Source of the DNA: Defluviitaleaceae bacterium
GTDB lineage: Bacteria; Bacillota; Clostridia; Lachnospirales; WRAX01
Length of the DNA: 64,000 bases
Direction of reading: 5' to 3'
NCBI GenBank assembly: GCA_009784615.1
Contig: WRBJ01000003.1
Span: 19,005-83,004, forward strand
Position numbers and translations under genes: made by a program. The notes beneath the pieces are model-generated. The model saw nothing but the letters and a program-made list of their open reading frames with translations, was not told where the DNA came from and did not search any database. Positions 29,159-38,662 of this stretch are shown here, piece by piece (position 1 is the first letter of the stretch; each line of letters starts with the position of its first letter).

Positions 29159-30900
29159 TGCCCTACCTCCTTAACAGCAAACAACTCTTTAAAACGGCTG
29201 TTGTTTTTCGCCATATCCTGCGGGTTTCCCAACTCTACAACCCTGCCACCTTCCACAATTGCCGCTCGCCCACAAAGCATAACAGAGCTTTGCCTGTGTG
29301 CAATTATAATTGATGTCCTGCCAGCCAAAACCGCCTCCCAAGCATCGTGTATATTTGCCTCGGTTTCATCATCAAGCGCGCTTGTCGCTTCATCAAAAAT
29401 AATTATTTTTGGGTCTTTTAAATAAATCCTCGCAATCGCAATTCGCTGTTTTTGCCCGCCCGACAACATCGTACCACCCGTGCCAATTATTGTATCAATA
29501 CCATTCGGCAATGCTTTAACATATTCCCAAATCCCCGCCTGCATAAGAACCTTACAAACTTCCTCATCACTTGCCTTTGGCTTACCCAAAAGCACATTAT
29601 CCTTTATGCTACCATCAAACAGCAAAACATCCTGCGACACCATACCAATATTTTTGCGTATAGAAAGTAACGAGCAGTCCATCAGGCTCTGCCCGTCAAT
29701 AAATATTTCACCTGCGCCAGCCTTGTAAAACCCAATCAACATATAAGCAAGCGTCGTCTTGCCGCAACCAGATTTTCCACACATAGCAAAACGCTCGCCC
29801 GCATTAATATGCAAATTAAACCCACGCAAAACATCCCTGCCGTCTTTGTATGCAAAATTAACATCCCTAAACTCTATCTCGCCATTTGTGATAACAAGCT
29901 CGTTTTTGCCCTGCCAGTAATCCTCGGTCGGCATATGTAAAAAATCATAAATACGTTGTATAAAACCAACACGGTTTTGTGCATCAAGATAAGACCCACT
30001 AAGCCGCTCTACAAGCCTTGTCAACGACGCAAAATATGCCAAAACAACGGTCAAAAGCCCAATTGTTATCTCGTTACGTCCAACCAACCACGCCGCCAAT
30101 GTAAAAATAGACAATTGTAATGCAAGGTTTGTAAAACTAATAATATTTTGTGCAGCGATGGTGGACACCTTCGATTTATTGCCAACCCTAAACATCTGCC
30201 TATGCCAACCCACCACATCACGCCCAACCTTCTGCCTCGCCCCCAAAAGCCTAATATCCCGTATGGCTGTAAAAACCTCGTAAACAAAGCTAACATAAAC
30301 ACCGTAAATCTCACGCTGTTCATTAGAATATTCCCTTATCTTCTTACCAAATCTAGCACTAACAAAAACAGATACTGGTGCGGCAATAAGCACCAAAAGC
30401 CCAATTTGTGGACTTATAATAAAAAGAAACACCGTAATAATCACCATCTCTAAAATGCCATTTGCAAGATGTATAATATTGCGTATAACAAAATACATAC
30501 ATTCACGGCAATATTGCTGTATCAAAGTAATAATATCGCCGCTTTTAGCATCCGATAGATGCTCCGGCGAAGATTTTTGCAAATGCCTAAAAACATCACG
30601 CTGTATACTAAGGCAATACATCGTCATCAAATATTGATGCTGTGCATATATCAGAAAAAATAATATACAAGAAAAAACCGACATAATAACAAAAACAAGG
30701 CTTATACGCAAAAACGACTCTATATTTTGATGATAGACAATTTCATCAATCATCACCCCAAACAAAATAGGCATTACAACCGTCAATATCATACTAAAAA
30801 AGAAACCTATGTAAAACCTAATAAAATTACCTTTATACTGCGCCATATATTTTGACAAAAACTTTATCGCACCAAAATATCCAAGTTTTCTCCCGCTCAT
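29143..30900 (-). CDS. ABC exporter, fused permease/ATPase (partner half-transporter)
   Basis: A TM domain is followed by GKSGCGKTT, LSGGQKQR and IIIFDEATSALD. It overlaps the downstream partner by 16 nt. Confidence 0.85.
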   Translation of the reverse strand: MSGRKLGYFGAIKFLSKYMAQYKGNFIRFYIGFFFSMILTVVMPILFGVMIDEIVYHQNIESFLRISLVFVIMSVFSCILFFLIYAQHQYLMTMYCLSIQRDVFRHLQKSSPEHLSDAKSGDIITLIQQYCRECMYFVIRNIIHLANGILEMVIITVFLFIISPQIGLLVLIAAPVSVFVSARFGKKIREYSNEQREIYGVYVSFVYEVFTAIRDIRLLGARQKVGRDVVGWHRQMFRVGNKSKVSTIAAQNIISFTNLALQLSIFTLAAWLVGRNEITIGLLTVVLAYFASLTRLVERLSGSYLDAQNRVGFIQRIYDFLHMPTEDYWQGKNELVITNGEIEFRDVNFAYKDGRDVLRGFNLHINAGERFAMCGKSGCGKTTLAYMLIGFYKAGAGEIFIDGQSLMDCSLLSIRKNIGMVSQDVLLFDGSIKDNVLLGKPKASDEEVCKVLMQAGIWEYVKALPNGIDTIIGTGGTMLSGGQKQRIAIARIYLKDPKIIIFDEATSALDDETEANIHDAWEAVLAGRTSIIIAHRQSSVMLCGRAAIVEGGRVVELGNPQDMAKNNSRFKELFAVKEVGQCSQN

Positions 30901-31085
30901 AATCCACGCCCCGCCTGTGTAAATATTATGTTAAAAAGCGACCGCATCCCGTCTAGCGTTTCTATATGCGTTGTCATTGTAAGCCAGACAAACAGCCCAA
31001 CACCCACAATCAAAAAACCATAAAAAAACAATGGTTTTTTAGTAACAAAATGCATATATTTTTCGCCGAATGTCCTCTTTTTCAT
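30897..31085 (-). CDS. Small membrane protein translationally coupled to the ABC exporter
   Basis: 62 aa with one TM helix. Its stop overlaps the exporter start (ATGA). Confidence 0.4.
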   Translation of the reverse strand: MKKRTFGEKYMHFVTKKPLFFYGFLIVGVGLFVWLTMTTHIETLDGMRSLFNIIFTQAGRGL

Positions 31086-31190
31086 ATTCCCACCTCCAAA
31101 AGCATTACCTTATTGTACAATTATGTCGTTTGTGATACAATAAACAAAAGAAAGTTTATAACTATACTATCTGCAAAGGAGTTTTTTAAA

Positions 31191-32078
31191 ATGCCGCAAA
31201 ACTGCCGCCATAGACCACCAAGGGTCGTCAATATAGAATTTGAAGCTCACGAAGAATTTGCAAACCTACCAATACCAAATCGGGCTACGCTCGTGCTAAT
31301 AACATACGGCAGGTCAAGCCTTATGTTAAACAAAAAAGCCGTAACACTTACGGCTCCGTCAATGCTTTTATTATCACAATATGACGAGGTCAAAATGGAA
31401 GAATCCCACCGCCTAGCCGCAAAATCTTTCAGTTTTATCCCTAATTTCCTAAACTCTAGCCTAACCTTTGAAAATCTAGCAAAAAATGACTTTACCGAAA
31501 TAGACGACGAACACGACCGTAACCTAATGAACCTATTTTTAAAGCGCGATGAATATTATGACGGTGCAATAGACCTGCCGCCGCAAACATATCTGCGCAT
31601 TTCAGAATGGCTCGCCATAATCGGCACAGAAACCAACGCACAAAGCGACGGTATGTGGACCTGCCGTATACGCCGCTATCTTTTGCAAACACTATATTTG
31701 CTGGAAGATATTTACCTAAACCGCAAAAGCCTGCCAAATACCACAAGAAGGGAAAAATCGCAGATAGATTTGGTTTTAGAATACATCCACACCAATTATC
31801 CAAACGAAATAAATTTAGACTTAATTTGCAAAATAGCTAATCTTAACCGTACATCCCTTAATCGAAAATTTAAAGAACAGGCAGGCCGAACAGTAATGGA
31901 CTATCTGTTGCATCACCGCCTAAAAATGGCTTGCGAAATGCTAACACATACCAACCTAAACCTACGTGAAATAGCAGAATCCATCGGCTTTATCCACGAC
32001 ACCTATTTTATCCGCCAATTTACATCAAAAATGGGATTAGCCCCAACACAATACAGACAAATCCATTGGAACAGATAA
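31191..32078 (+). CDS. AraC-family transcriptional regulator
   Basis: The C-terminus carries a double HTH (ICKIANLNRTSLNRKFKEQAGRTVMDYLLHHRLKMACEMLTHTNLNLREIAESIGF.DTYFIRQF). It is divergent from the exporter operon. Confidence 0.8.
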   Translation: MPQNCRHRPPRVVNIEFEAHEEFANLPIPNRATLVLITYGRSSLMLNKKAVTLTAPSMLLLSQYDEVKMEESHRLAAKSFSFIPNFLNSSLTFENLAKNDFTEIDDEHDRNLMNLFLKRDEYYDGAIDLPPQTYLRISEWLAIIGTETNAQSDGMWTCRIRRYLLQTLYLLEDIYLNRKSLPNTTRREKSQIDLVLEYIHTNYPNEINLDLICKIANLNRTSLNRKFKEQAGRTVMDYLLHHRLKMACEMLTHTNLNLREIAESIGFIHDTYFIRQFTSKMGLAPTQYRQIHWNR

Positions 32079-32082
32079 TCAT

Positions 32083-32520
32083 TTACACATCTTTTCGGTC
32101 GATATTTCCTCTATCGCCCCTATCTTTCAAAGCCTTCAAAATATCTTGCAGTCTTTTCGGCACGGGCAAACCCATCAAACTCCAATTTTCAAGCATACTA
32201 AGTGCTTCGTTCGCAATAAAATACGATATGGTAATAGTACGCAAAACTCCGCCAAGCTCTAAAACACTGTCAACCAAATTGCCCACCGCAACAATAAAAA
32301 ACATACCAATCTTACGTGCTGCACCAACAAACATTTTATACGAGCTTATATCGCGCATAACGCCCGCCTTAATTATGCCTGTAACAAAATCAATACCCAT
32401 CATAGCGAAAAGCGCAAGCAATAATGCGTCAGTACCGCCTATTAAATATGTGAATAAACTAATAACACCACCAATAAACCCACGTATATAAATATTTTCA
32501 AACATATCAAACACCTCCAT
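32083..32520 (-). CDS. Phage holin (TcdE/holin_4-like family)
   Basis: Three TM segments. The sequence GIDFVTGIIKA......SS.....G..RK........VGNL.D and the C-terminal ANE.LS.LEN....G.P.P are typical of this holin family. Confidence 0.75.
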   Translation of the reverse strand: MEVFDMFENIYIRGFIGGVISLFTYLIGGTDALLLALFAMMGIDFVTGIIKAGVMRDISSYKMFVGAARKIGMFFIVAVGNLVDSVLELGGVLRTITISYFIANEALSMLENWSLMGLPVPKRLQDILKALKDRGDRGNIDRKDV

Positions 32521-32536
32521 AATATTATATGCCGCA

Positions 32537-32797
32537 CTATATTGTACGGCTCATCATCTTTAAAACACCAAACCAACGGTTTACATCATTATAATCCAAC
32601 CACGACATATCTCGATTTTCTCCCTGCCAAACCTTATCGCTACCAATCCTACGCTCGATTCCATTAATAAATTCTGCAGTAGGAATAAGCCGCTCGTCCG
32701 CCGACAAATCCAATTCATCAATCCCAAGCCTGCGAAACTCCTCATTCAACCCCTCGAAAACTTCAATGCTCATAAAATCATCCCTCGTATAACTCAT
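32537..32797 (-). CDS. Phage-associated hypothetical protein
   Basis: 86-aa ORF with an AGGAGGGA RBS, located between the tail gene and the holin. Confidence 0.35.
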   Translation of the reverse strand: MSYTRDDFMSIEVFEGLNEEFRRLGIDELDLSADERLIPTAEFINGIERRIGSDKVWQGENRDMSWLDYNDVNRWFGVLKMMSRTI

Positions 32798-32964
32798 AAT
32801 CCCTCCTAAATAACTGCTGTTTCACTTTAAGGCGGCTAAAAATTCCGCCTGACCTGACAGGCATTCACGACATAGAGCAACTTTAGCTTCTGTTGTCCCG
32901 CCGCAAGTTAAACACGACGGGTTTCAGCGGCGTGTTTGACGTAGTCGGGGGGGACTACAGAAGG

Positions 32965-34836
32965 TTAAGTTGCTATAACAACCGCCTTGGTCGCCCCCGT
33001 AAAAACCCCGCCGTCAAACCCTATCTCTTGATAAAACGCTCTGCACCTTACCATCCTGCCATCCTTATCCACCTGTAACATAAAATTATCCCCAAGCTCG
33101 CAATCCACATCGCCCCGCCAATGCACCTTTGCAAACACCAAAGCCCGTAAAAGCCTAAATTTACGCTCTAAAAACCAATCCCGCACGCTTTGTATATGTA
33201 CCGCATTGCTAATAAACATAGGCAAATCTACCATATACGGCTTTTCTGCTTCGCCCTCCTTCTTCCACGGTGCAAAATAAAAATGTTGCGTGGATAATAT
33301 CGAACACCGCCAACCCCGCACCTCTACCGTACAACGCCCATTGCCAACGACCCTAGCTGTCATATACATCGTATGCCTTTGCAGATTTTGCAAGCCAAAC
33401 CCGCCTGTAACACTTACATTAGCCTCGCCCCAAATAGGTGCGTCATAAGGTATCATCACATCAAGCGACCCTGCCACATCCAATTGCACATTAGCCAGCC
33501 ACCCTTGGTCAAGCGAAATCATACGCTCTGTCAACATAATCCCATTATAATAATGGCTTTGCGAAATCTGCGGTTTTGCATACGCCACCCCATAGTCCAA
33601 ATCTGCCTTTAGCTCGCCTTGATGTATAGAAAATAAATCAACAAAATGTATTCTACCCTGCCTATCCTCATAAATTCCGCAGCTTGCCAGCTTTGCCAAA
33701 TCTGCCAAAGCCCTTCTATGGCTTACATTCCCTGTAAAACCGGGGAAACGTGGGTAAGTATTCATAATATGCGGTACAACAACCTCAACACCCGCCTCGG
33801 CGGCAATCCTTCTTGCCAAATCACCCATATGCTCCAACCCAAAATGACCACCGTAAAACACCGCATTATCAAGCATTTTCGCCCCGCTATGCGCAACCAT
33901 CTCTACATTATCATTGCTAACAACCCACCTATCCAAATAATATTGCGAAAAATTTGTGTAAATCATCCCGCCATCACTGCCATAGCCTACACCTTGCGCA
34001 TATTCCAGCCTACTGCCTTCCTCTAACATAGAAAACAAGCCATCACCCACATCAAGCAAGTTAAAACGCCCATTGCTATTAGCCACCTTAACCCGAAGTT
34101 CGTTATAAGGCAAATTTTTACCCTCCACATCTCCCTGATGTATTGCATTAACTTCAAGCAAATCCCCACCATCAAACACCACAACGGGCGCAAAATGCAC
34201 TTCGGTTACCCTAGCCCGCCTATGCGGTTGCACCATATTGTAAACTGTTATAACAATCTGCGAAACACCATTTGCCCCATCTGTGCCGATAATATGCGGA
34301 AAAACTCCACTCTCATCAGGTGCAGAGCTAATAAATACATTCCTAATAACAGACCCAGACCGACTCCTAAAAACAGCCTGTGCAAAACGTATGGGCGCAT
34401 TGTTCCTATCACAAACAATATTAACAACAGGGACATCTCTAGGAGTATCAAAATCAATTACAATCTCGGGACGATTTGCAAAAGCACCATTTTCATTAGC
34501 AATTTCATCTGAAACAAAGCCCACCTCGATTTGCGAATTTTCTGCCTCCACAGGCAACATAAAACTACCATCCAACCGCCACAAACCACGCTCCATCGTC
34601 GCAATTTTTCCCGCATTATGGCTTATCCCATTTAAAACCTGCCCAACCCGCGAGTGTTTAGCTCCGCTTGCCGAGCTAACCACAACATCGTCCTTTAAAT
34701 TCCCATCATTGCCCGAAAGTGTAATCAAAGCCTTGTTCCTACGCAACGCTTTATTTTTCAACAAACTCACAACCCACATCCTTCCACCACAATTCCCCAT
34801 TAACAACCACAATGCGCCCCGCTTTCGGTTGCGCAT
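32965..34836 (-). CDS. Phage distal tail/host-interaction protein (start uncertain, possibly 34779)
   Basis: A large ORF immediately after the TMP and a Dit-like gene. The call rests mainly on position. Confidence 0.5.
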   Translation of the reverse strand: MRNRKRGALWLLMGNCGGRMWVVSLLKNKALRRNKALITLSGNDGNLKDDVVVSSASGAKHSRVGQVLNGISHNAGKIATMERGLWRLDGSFMLPVEAENSQIEVGFVSDEIANENGAFANRPEIVIDFDTPRDVPVVNIVCDRNNAPIRFAQAVFRSRSGSVIRNVFISSAPDESGVFPHIIGTDGANGVSQIVITVYNMVQPHRRARVTEVHFAPVVVFDGGDLLEVNAIHQGDVEGKNLPYNELRVKVANSNGRFNLLDVGDGLFSMLEEGSRLEYAQGVGYGSDGGMIYTNFSQYYLDRWVVSNDNVEMVAHSGAKMLDNAVFYGGHFGLEHMGDLARRIAAEAGVEVVVPHIMNTYPRFPGFTGNVSHRRALADLAKLASCGIYEDRQGRIHFVDLFSIHQGELKADLDYGVAYAKPQISQSHYYNGIMLTERMISLDQGWLANVQLDVAGSLDVMIPYDAPIWGEANVSVTGGFGLQNLQRHTMYMTARVVGNGRCTVEVRGWRCSILSTQHFYFAPWKKEGEAEKPYMVDLPMFISNAVHIQSVRDWFLERKFRLLRALVFAKVHWRGDVDCELGDNFMLQVDKDGRMVRCRAFYQEIGFDGGVFTGATKAVVIAT

Positions 34837-35182
34837 ACATCATCTTCTCCACCGCCTTTTGCTCTTTGGGGCAAAAATACCGCACATTCACAAATAAAGG
34901 CGAAGCACCCCGCACCAACCTACCATAATCATCCCCGCTTATCATACGCCAACCACAGCTAACCACAGCCTTAACTGCCACCAAATCGCCAACCAAATCT
35001 CCATTGGCATTACGGTTAAATTCGCCAATATCCTCAAAGCCCACGCCATAAACATCAGGGCTAACCAAGCCCATACCATCAATCACTATCTCAACCAAAA
35101 AATCCCCCCAATCAATATCCCCGTCTTGCTTTAACCTCATCCAAACCGTCAACCAAAACCTCTGCCAACTTCCTGCCGTCAA
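34751..35182 (-). CDS. Phage distal tail protein-like (small)
   Basis: The position directly downstream of the tape measure gene supports the call. The start is uncertain and overlaps the TMP 3' end. Confidence 0.4.
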   Translation of the reverse strand: MTAGSWQRFWLTVWMRLKQDGDIDWGDFLVEIVIDGMGLVSPDVYGVGFEDIGEFNRNANGDLVGDLVAVKAVVSCGWRMISGDDYGRLVRGASPLFVNVRYFCPKEQKAVEKMMYAQPKAGRIVVVNGELWWKDVGCEFVEK

Positions 35183-36077
35183 GCTCTAGCACAACCTTCT
35201 GCACGCCACCCCTTGGCGAACCATCACCCGCTACGGCATCCGCAAGCATATTAGCCAAATTAACCATCCAGCCTGTATTATTTTCAAGCGGAAGCACGGC
35301 TTCCCTGCCTTGCTCGCCAACAAGCGCAAGCGTAGGAGCCGACACAATGCCGCCTTTAGCAAGCGCAGGCACATTAGGAATAGCAGGCACATTAAACCCC
35401 AAACTACCTCCGCCAAGCCATCTAGGAATATCAATTTTAATACGGTTAATCCCACCAATCATCGTATTTAGTCCGTCAATTATGCGATTAACCACACCGC
35501 TAAAATTTCTGCCAATGCCCGTCCAAGTGTTATCCCAGCCCGCACCCATTCCCGCAAGCATACCATCCCAGCTACCCGCAATGCCGCCACTAACCCGCTC
35601 TACAGCATTGCCCAAACCACCAACATCCCTTTGTGCGCCGCCAAAAGCCGCCCTAAAGCCACCCGCAAAACCCCTTGCACTACTGGTCAAATTATTAATA
35701 TTAGAAAGTAATCCCCTAGTGCCTTCCGTAACTGCCGCAAAAGACATCTCTGCCAAATCCCGCCCCATACGTACGGCGCTTTCACCAAATGCCTGAGCTC
35801 TGTCCGAAAGTGTCGATAACATACTCGCCGCCCGCTCTTGCGCATTAATATTGCTTAAAAAATTCCTTGTCAATATTGGCATATCACTAATCAAATCACC
35901 CAAAACGCCCGAAAGTCCACCAACAGCTTCTCTTGCAGGCAAACTGCCTTGCGCAAAAGCCGCAAAATCGTTTTCCATACCATTAAGCAACCTACCCGCA
36001 TTTGCCAAGCCCTTCTCTAATTCCTTCATATCAAGCCGCAAATCCAAATATACCGAACCAACATTAGTCCCTGCCAT
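35112..36077 (-). CDS. Phage tail tape measure protein (short, 321 aa)
   Basis: A Gly/Ala-rich helical protein beginning MAGTNVGSVYLDLRLDMKELEKG. It follows the chaperone pair. Confidence 0.6.
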   Translation of the reverse strand: MAGTNVGSVYLDLRLDMKELEKGLANAGRLLNGMENDFAAFAQGSLPAREAVGGLSGVLGDLISDMPILTRNFLSNINAQERAASMLSTLSDRAQAFGESAVRMGRDLAEMSFAAVTEGTRGLLSNINNLTSSARGFAGGFRAAFGGAQRDVGGLGNAVERVSGGIAGSWDGMLAGMGAGWDNTWTGIGRNFSGVVNRIIDGLNTMIGGINRIKIDIPRWLGGGSLGFNVPAIPNVPALAKGGIVSAPTLALVGEQGREAVLPLENNTGWMVNLANMLADAVAGDGSPRGGVQKVVLELDGRKLAEVLVDGLDEVKARRGY

Positions 36078-36086
36078 AAAAACCTC

Positions 36087-36458
36087 CTATCCAAACATAG
36101 CCATCAATTCCTTCTGCAACTCCTCGTAGCGGCAACTCTCGTTCGCTCGGCAGCCTTGTCGTTTTTTCGTGTTACAAAATTCAAACCAATCCGCACGCAA
36201 CTTACGCTCCATCACACTCAATCCCTTCAAAACTTCGCTTCTTTTTTCGCTACGTAATATGACGAGCCGCCCAAGCGGTGTGTCGGGCATTATACCCGAC
36301 AACAACCGCAAAAACTCCCCAAGCGGCAAATCTTCTTTGCTTAACCTAATCCCATACTGCATAGCAAAGCTGGCTTCAATAGCGTCTTTGTCAAATTCTA
36401 AATCGTAATATGTATCATTCTGTTTTGCCACGAAATCGACGCTTTGCTTCCTCCACAT
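36087..36458 (-). CDS. Tail assembly chaperone, downstream (T-like) frame
   Basis: It overlaps the end of the upstream chaperone ORF by 44 nt in the +1 frame and has no convincing RBS of its own. Confidence 0.45.
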   Translation of the reverse strand: MWRKQSVDFVAKQNDTYYDLEFDKDAIEASFAMQYGIRLSKEDLPLGEFLRLLSGIMPDTPLGRLVILRSEKRSEVLKGLSVMERKLRADWFEFCNTKKRQGCRANESCRYEELQKELMAMFG

Positions 36459-36741
36459 TTAAATCTTGAATAGCCGCAAGCACAATAACCACCAAATCTT
36501 GCATTACAGCAAAAGGCAAATCCATCCCCAAAATTTCCTGGTAGCTATCCAGCCCTAAAGCCTGTCCTATAACAATTTCAAATTCATCGCTCGAAGCAGT
36601 TTCGCCGCCTTCCAACGCCTTTAACATACCATTGATTCCCCTAAAGGTCGAAAGTCTGTTATCAATAGAATAAATCTTGTCGCCAAGCCTTATTTCTGGG
36701 CGTTTGTTCAATTTCTCGTTATCAATTTGATACATTAACAT
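36415..36741 (-). CDS. Tail assembly chaperone (G-like)
   Basis: A small acidic protein between the tail tube and TMP genes. The start overlaps the tail tube 3' end. Confidence 0.5.
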   Translation of the reverse strand: MLMYQIDNEKLNKRPEIRLGDKIYSIDNRLSTFRGINGMLKALEGGETASSDEFEIVIGQALGLDSYQEILGMDLPFAVMQDLVVIVLAAIQDLNVEEAKRRFRGKTE

Positions 36742-37219
36742 CACCCCCAAACAACGTAGGCGAAGGTGTCAAAACATCCCCACTATTGCGCATATAAAGC
36801 GGTATGCCGTCGCTTAAACATTCAAACTCTAGCACAGCAATATCGGTAGAGCTACCGCCGCCGCAAGCCGTTACGTTAATAACGCAATCCATAGTCATTT
36901 GGTCACCGTTAGGAAAAATAACCCATAAATTGCTCTCTGCCAAATTACCGTTTTGATACGCCAAGCCCGCAATATAATCATTGCCTGGGCAATTAACAAC
37001 ACGCTTTCCTGACAAGCCAACTGTCATAGATTTTGCCGTCATCATCCTGCGACTCCATCCCATAGCATCCAGCGGCTTCCATTCCTCAATCCCATTATCA
37101 AAGCTAATAGAAAAATTCTCCATTCCTCTAATTGTCTGATGGTCGTCCTCATTGACGGCAAGCCTGCCAACCGTCGAAACTTTAAATTGAACATCTTTTA
37201 CAGGATAAACATTAACCAT
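36722..37219 (-). CDS. Phage major tail (tube) protein
   Basis: 165 aa, immediately upstream of the chaperone pair. A GGAGGAAATGG RBS is present. Confidence 0.55.
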   Translation of the reverse strand: MVNVYPVKDVQFKVSTVGRLAVNEDDHQTIRGMENFSISFDNGIEEWKPLDAMGWSRRMMTAKSMTVGLSGKRVVNCPGNDYIAGLAYQNGNLAESNLWVIFPNGDQMTMDCVINVTACGGGSSTDIAVLEFECLSDGIPLYMRNSGDVLTPSPTLFGGDVNVSN

Positions 37220-37231
37220 ACCATTTCCTCC

Positions 37232-37621
37232 CTACGAAATAAAATCCACATCTATTACATATTCAAAAACCCCACGACTATCAGCCCCAAGCCAAATTGG
37301 GTTATCGTAAATCACCTTTACAAACCCGCTCTTGTCCTCAAGTGTGAAATTTTTACCTGCCATTGCTTCATAAAAATCTTTTGACATTTTTTCGGCAATA
37401 GCACCATCACGACCCAGCCGCAATAATACGCTAACTGCCGTTACATCGTAAGCCCGATTTTGCTTGCCTCCGACATTCTCTTGCCTGTTACGGCTACCAC
37501 GGCGTGGGTAAATACCGCCAGCGATTTCACGATTTTTGGCGATTTCGTGTAGGTCGAATTGTACAGCGTGCAAGCAATGCTCGCCCCTACAAATAATTTC
37601 TTTAACCTCGTTTAAGCTCAT
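37232..37621 (-). CDS. Phage head-tail joining / tail completion protein
   Basis: Call based on position only. Confidence 0.35.
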   Translation of the reverse strand: MSLNEVKEIICRGEHCLHAVQFDLHEIAKNREIAGGIYPRRGSRNRQENVGGKQNRAYDVTAVSVLLRLGRDGAIAEKMSKDFYEAMAGKNFTLEDKSGFVKVIYDNPIWLGADSRGVFEYVIDVDFIS

Positions 37622-38231
37622 TTTTCATCACCTCTGCAAATGTCTTCTGAGCAAGACCGTTGTTGATATATGGGTCAAACCACCTTGCTCCTGCGTTGTT
37701 GTTTATGGTTTGGTTAAAACTAAACTCAGGATGAAAATATTTGCGCCTTGCATATACCGTGTCGTTGACAATTGATACCTTTTCATCGTCCAAGCCGCCA
37801 ACATCAACATAGGTTGCCGCATTTTGCAAATGACCTGTGTCAAAAGGCATTGTTCCGTTATTGACCAAATCCTGCCTTATTGCCTGTGCCGCCGCAACAA
37901 GCGCATTTTTCAACCCAAAGCAGATATGATTAAAACTTCCGTCGGGATTATTAACGACCTTCATTTCCACCACGTCGTATCGAATGTCGTTGCACAAAAA
38001 CTCTAAATCCTGCAAATCACAACAGCGAGCAACCCTCAAAACCTTTTCGCAATCCGTCGTAGCAATTGCCGTAACATCCTGCAAAACGCCGTCATTTTCA
38101 CGTTTAACATTAACACACTCGCCAAAATAGCACCATCCACGCCAAACTTCCTCACCACTTAAAAAAATCCCAAAATCCCAATTTTGCAAAAATTTAGGAT
38201 AAGGCAATTTGCCCCAGTTTTTAAGCATCAT
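37602..38231 (-). CDS. Phage head completion / minor capsid-like protein
   Basis: The ATG at 38231 overlaps the upstream stop (ATGA). The C-terminal half resembles phage minor capsid/neck proteins. Confidence 0.4.
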   Translation of the reverse strand: MMLKNWGKLPYPKFLQNWDFGIFLSGEEVWRGWCYFGECVNVKRENDGVLQDVTAIATTDCEKVLRVARCCDLQDLEFLCNDIRYDVVEMKVVNNPDGSFNHICFGLKNALVAAAQAIRQDLVNNGTMPFDTGHLQNAATYVDVGGLDDEKVSIVNDTVYARRKYFHPEFSFNQTINNNAGARWFDPYINNGLAQKTFAEVMKNELKRG

Positions 38232-38596
38232 ACAACACTCCTCATCAACCCTGTTGACATTAACATCTGCCAAGCCCAAAAGCCGCAACCCGCCACTTCC
38301 CACGGTTTTTCCTTGCGTACTTGGTTTTGAACCTTCATACCGTAGGCACTATATCCCGCCAAATTAACCGCAGGTGTACCATCCACATTAGCAAAACTAT
38401 CAATCATCAAGCAAATAGCCTTTTTAATTATCCCCTGCTGATACTTTGTTAAATTGCCAAAACCCAAAGCATTAATTCTACCGTGTGTTAAAATATCCAC
38501 CAAGTCGCACGCTCTATCAAGCAATTTCCTCAAATCTTCCCCGCAATACCGTCCTTTGTATGTCCTGCGATAATATCCTTCAGTAATATAACTCAC
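38228..38596 (-). CDS. Phage head-tail connector protein
   Basis: A GTG start follows GGGAGGGG. It is the first gene downstream of the capsid gene. Confidence 0.4.
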   Translation of the reverse strand: MSYITEGYYRRTYKGRYCGEDLRKLLDRACDLVDILTHGRINALGFGNLTKYQQGIIKKAICLMIDSFANVDGTPAVNLAGYSAYGMKVQNQVRKEKPWEVAGCGFWAWQMLMSTGLMRSVV

Positions 38597-38662
38597 AAAT
38601 ATACCCCTCCCTAGAAAAACGCAGGGGCGACCTCTAGTCGCCCGCTCCGCAATTCTCTACTT

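Noticed and set aside
27506-31085. The ABC exporter pair as a bacteriocin or RiPP export system.
   Set aside because: Neither exporter has an N-terminal C39 peptidase domain. No precursor-peptide-like small ORF or modification enzyme is adjacent. The arrangement fits a generic heterodimeric efflux pump with an AraC regulator.
32083-32520. The holin as part of a toxin-secretion (TcdE-like) system rather than a phage lysis gene.
   Set aside because: No large toxin or associated regulator genes are nearby. It is the terminal gene of a canonical phage morphogenesis operon.
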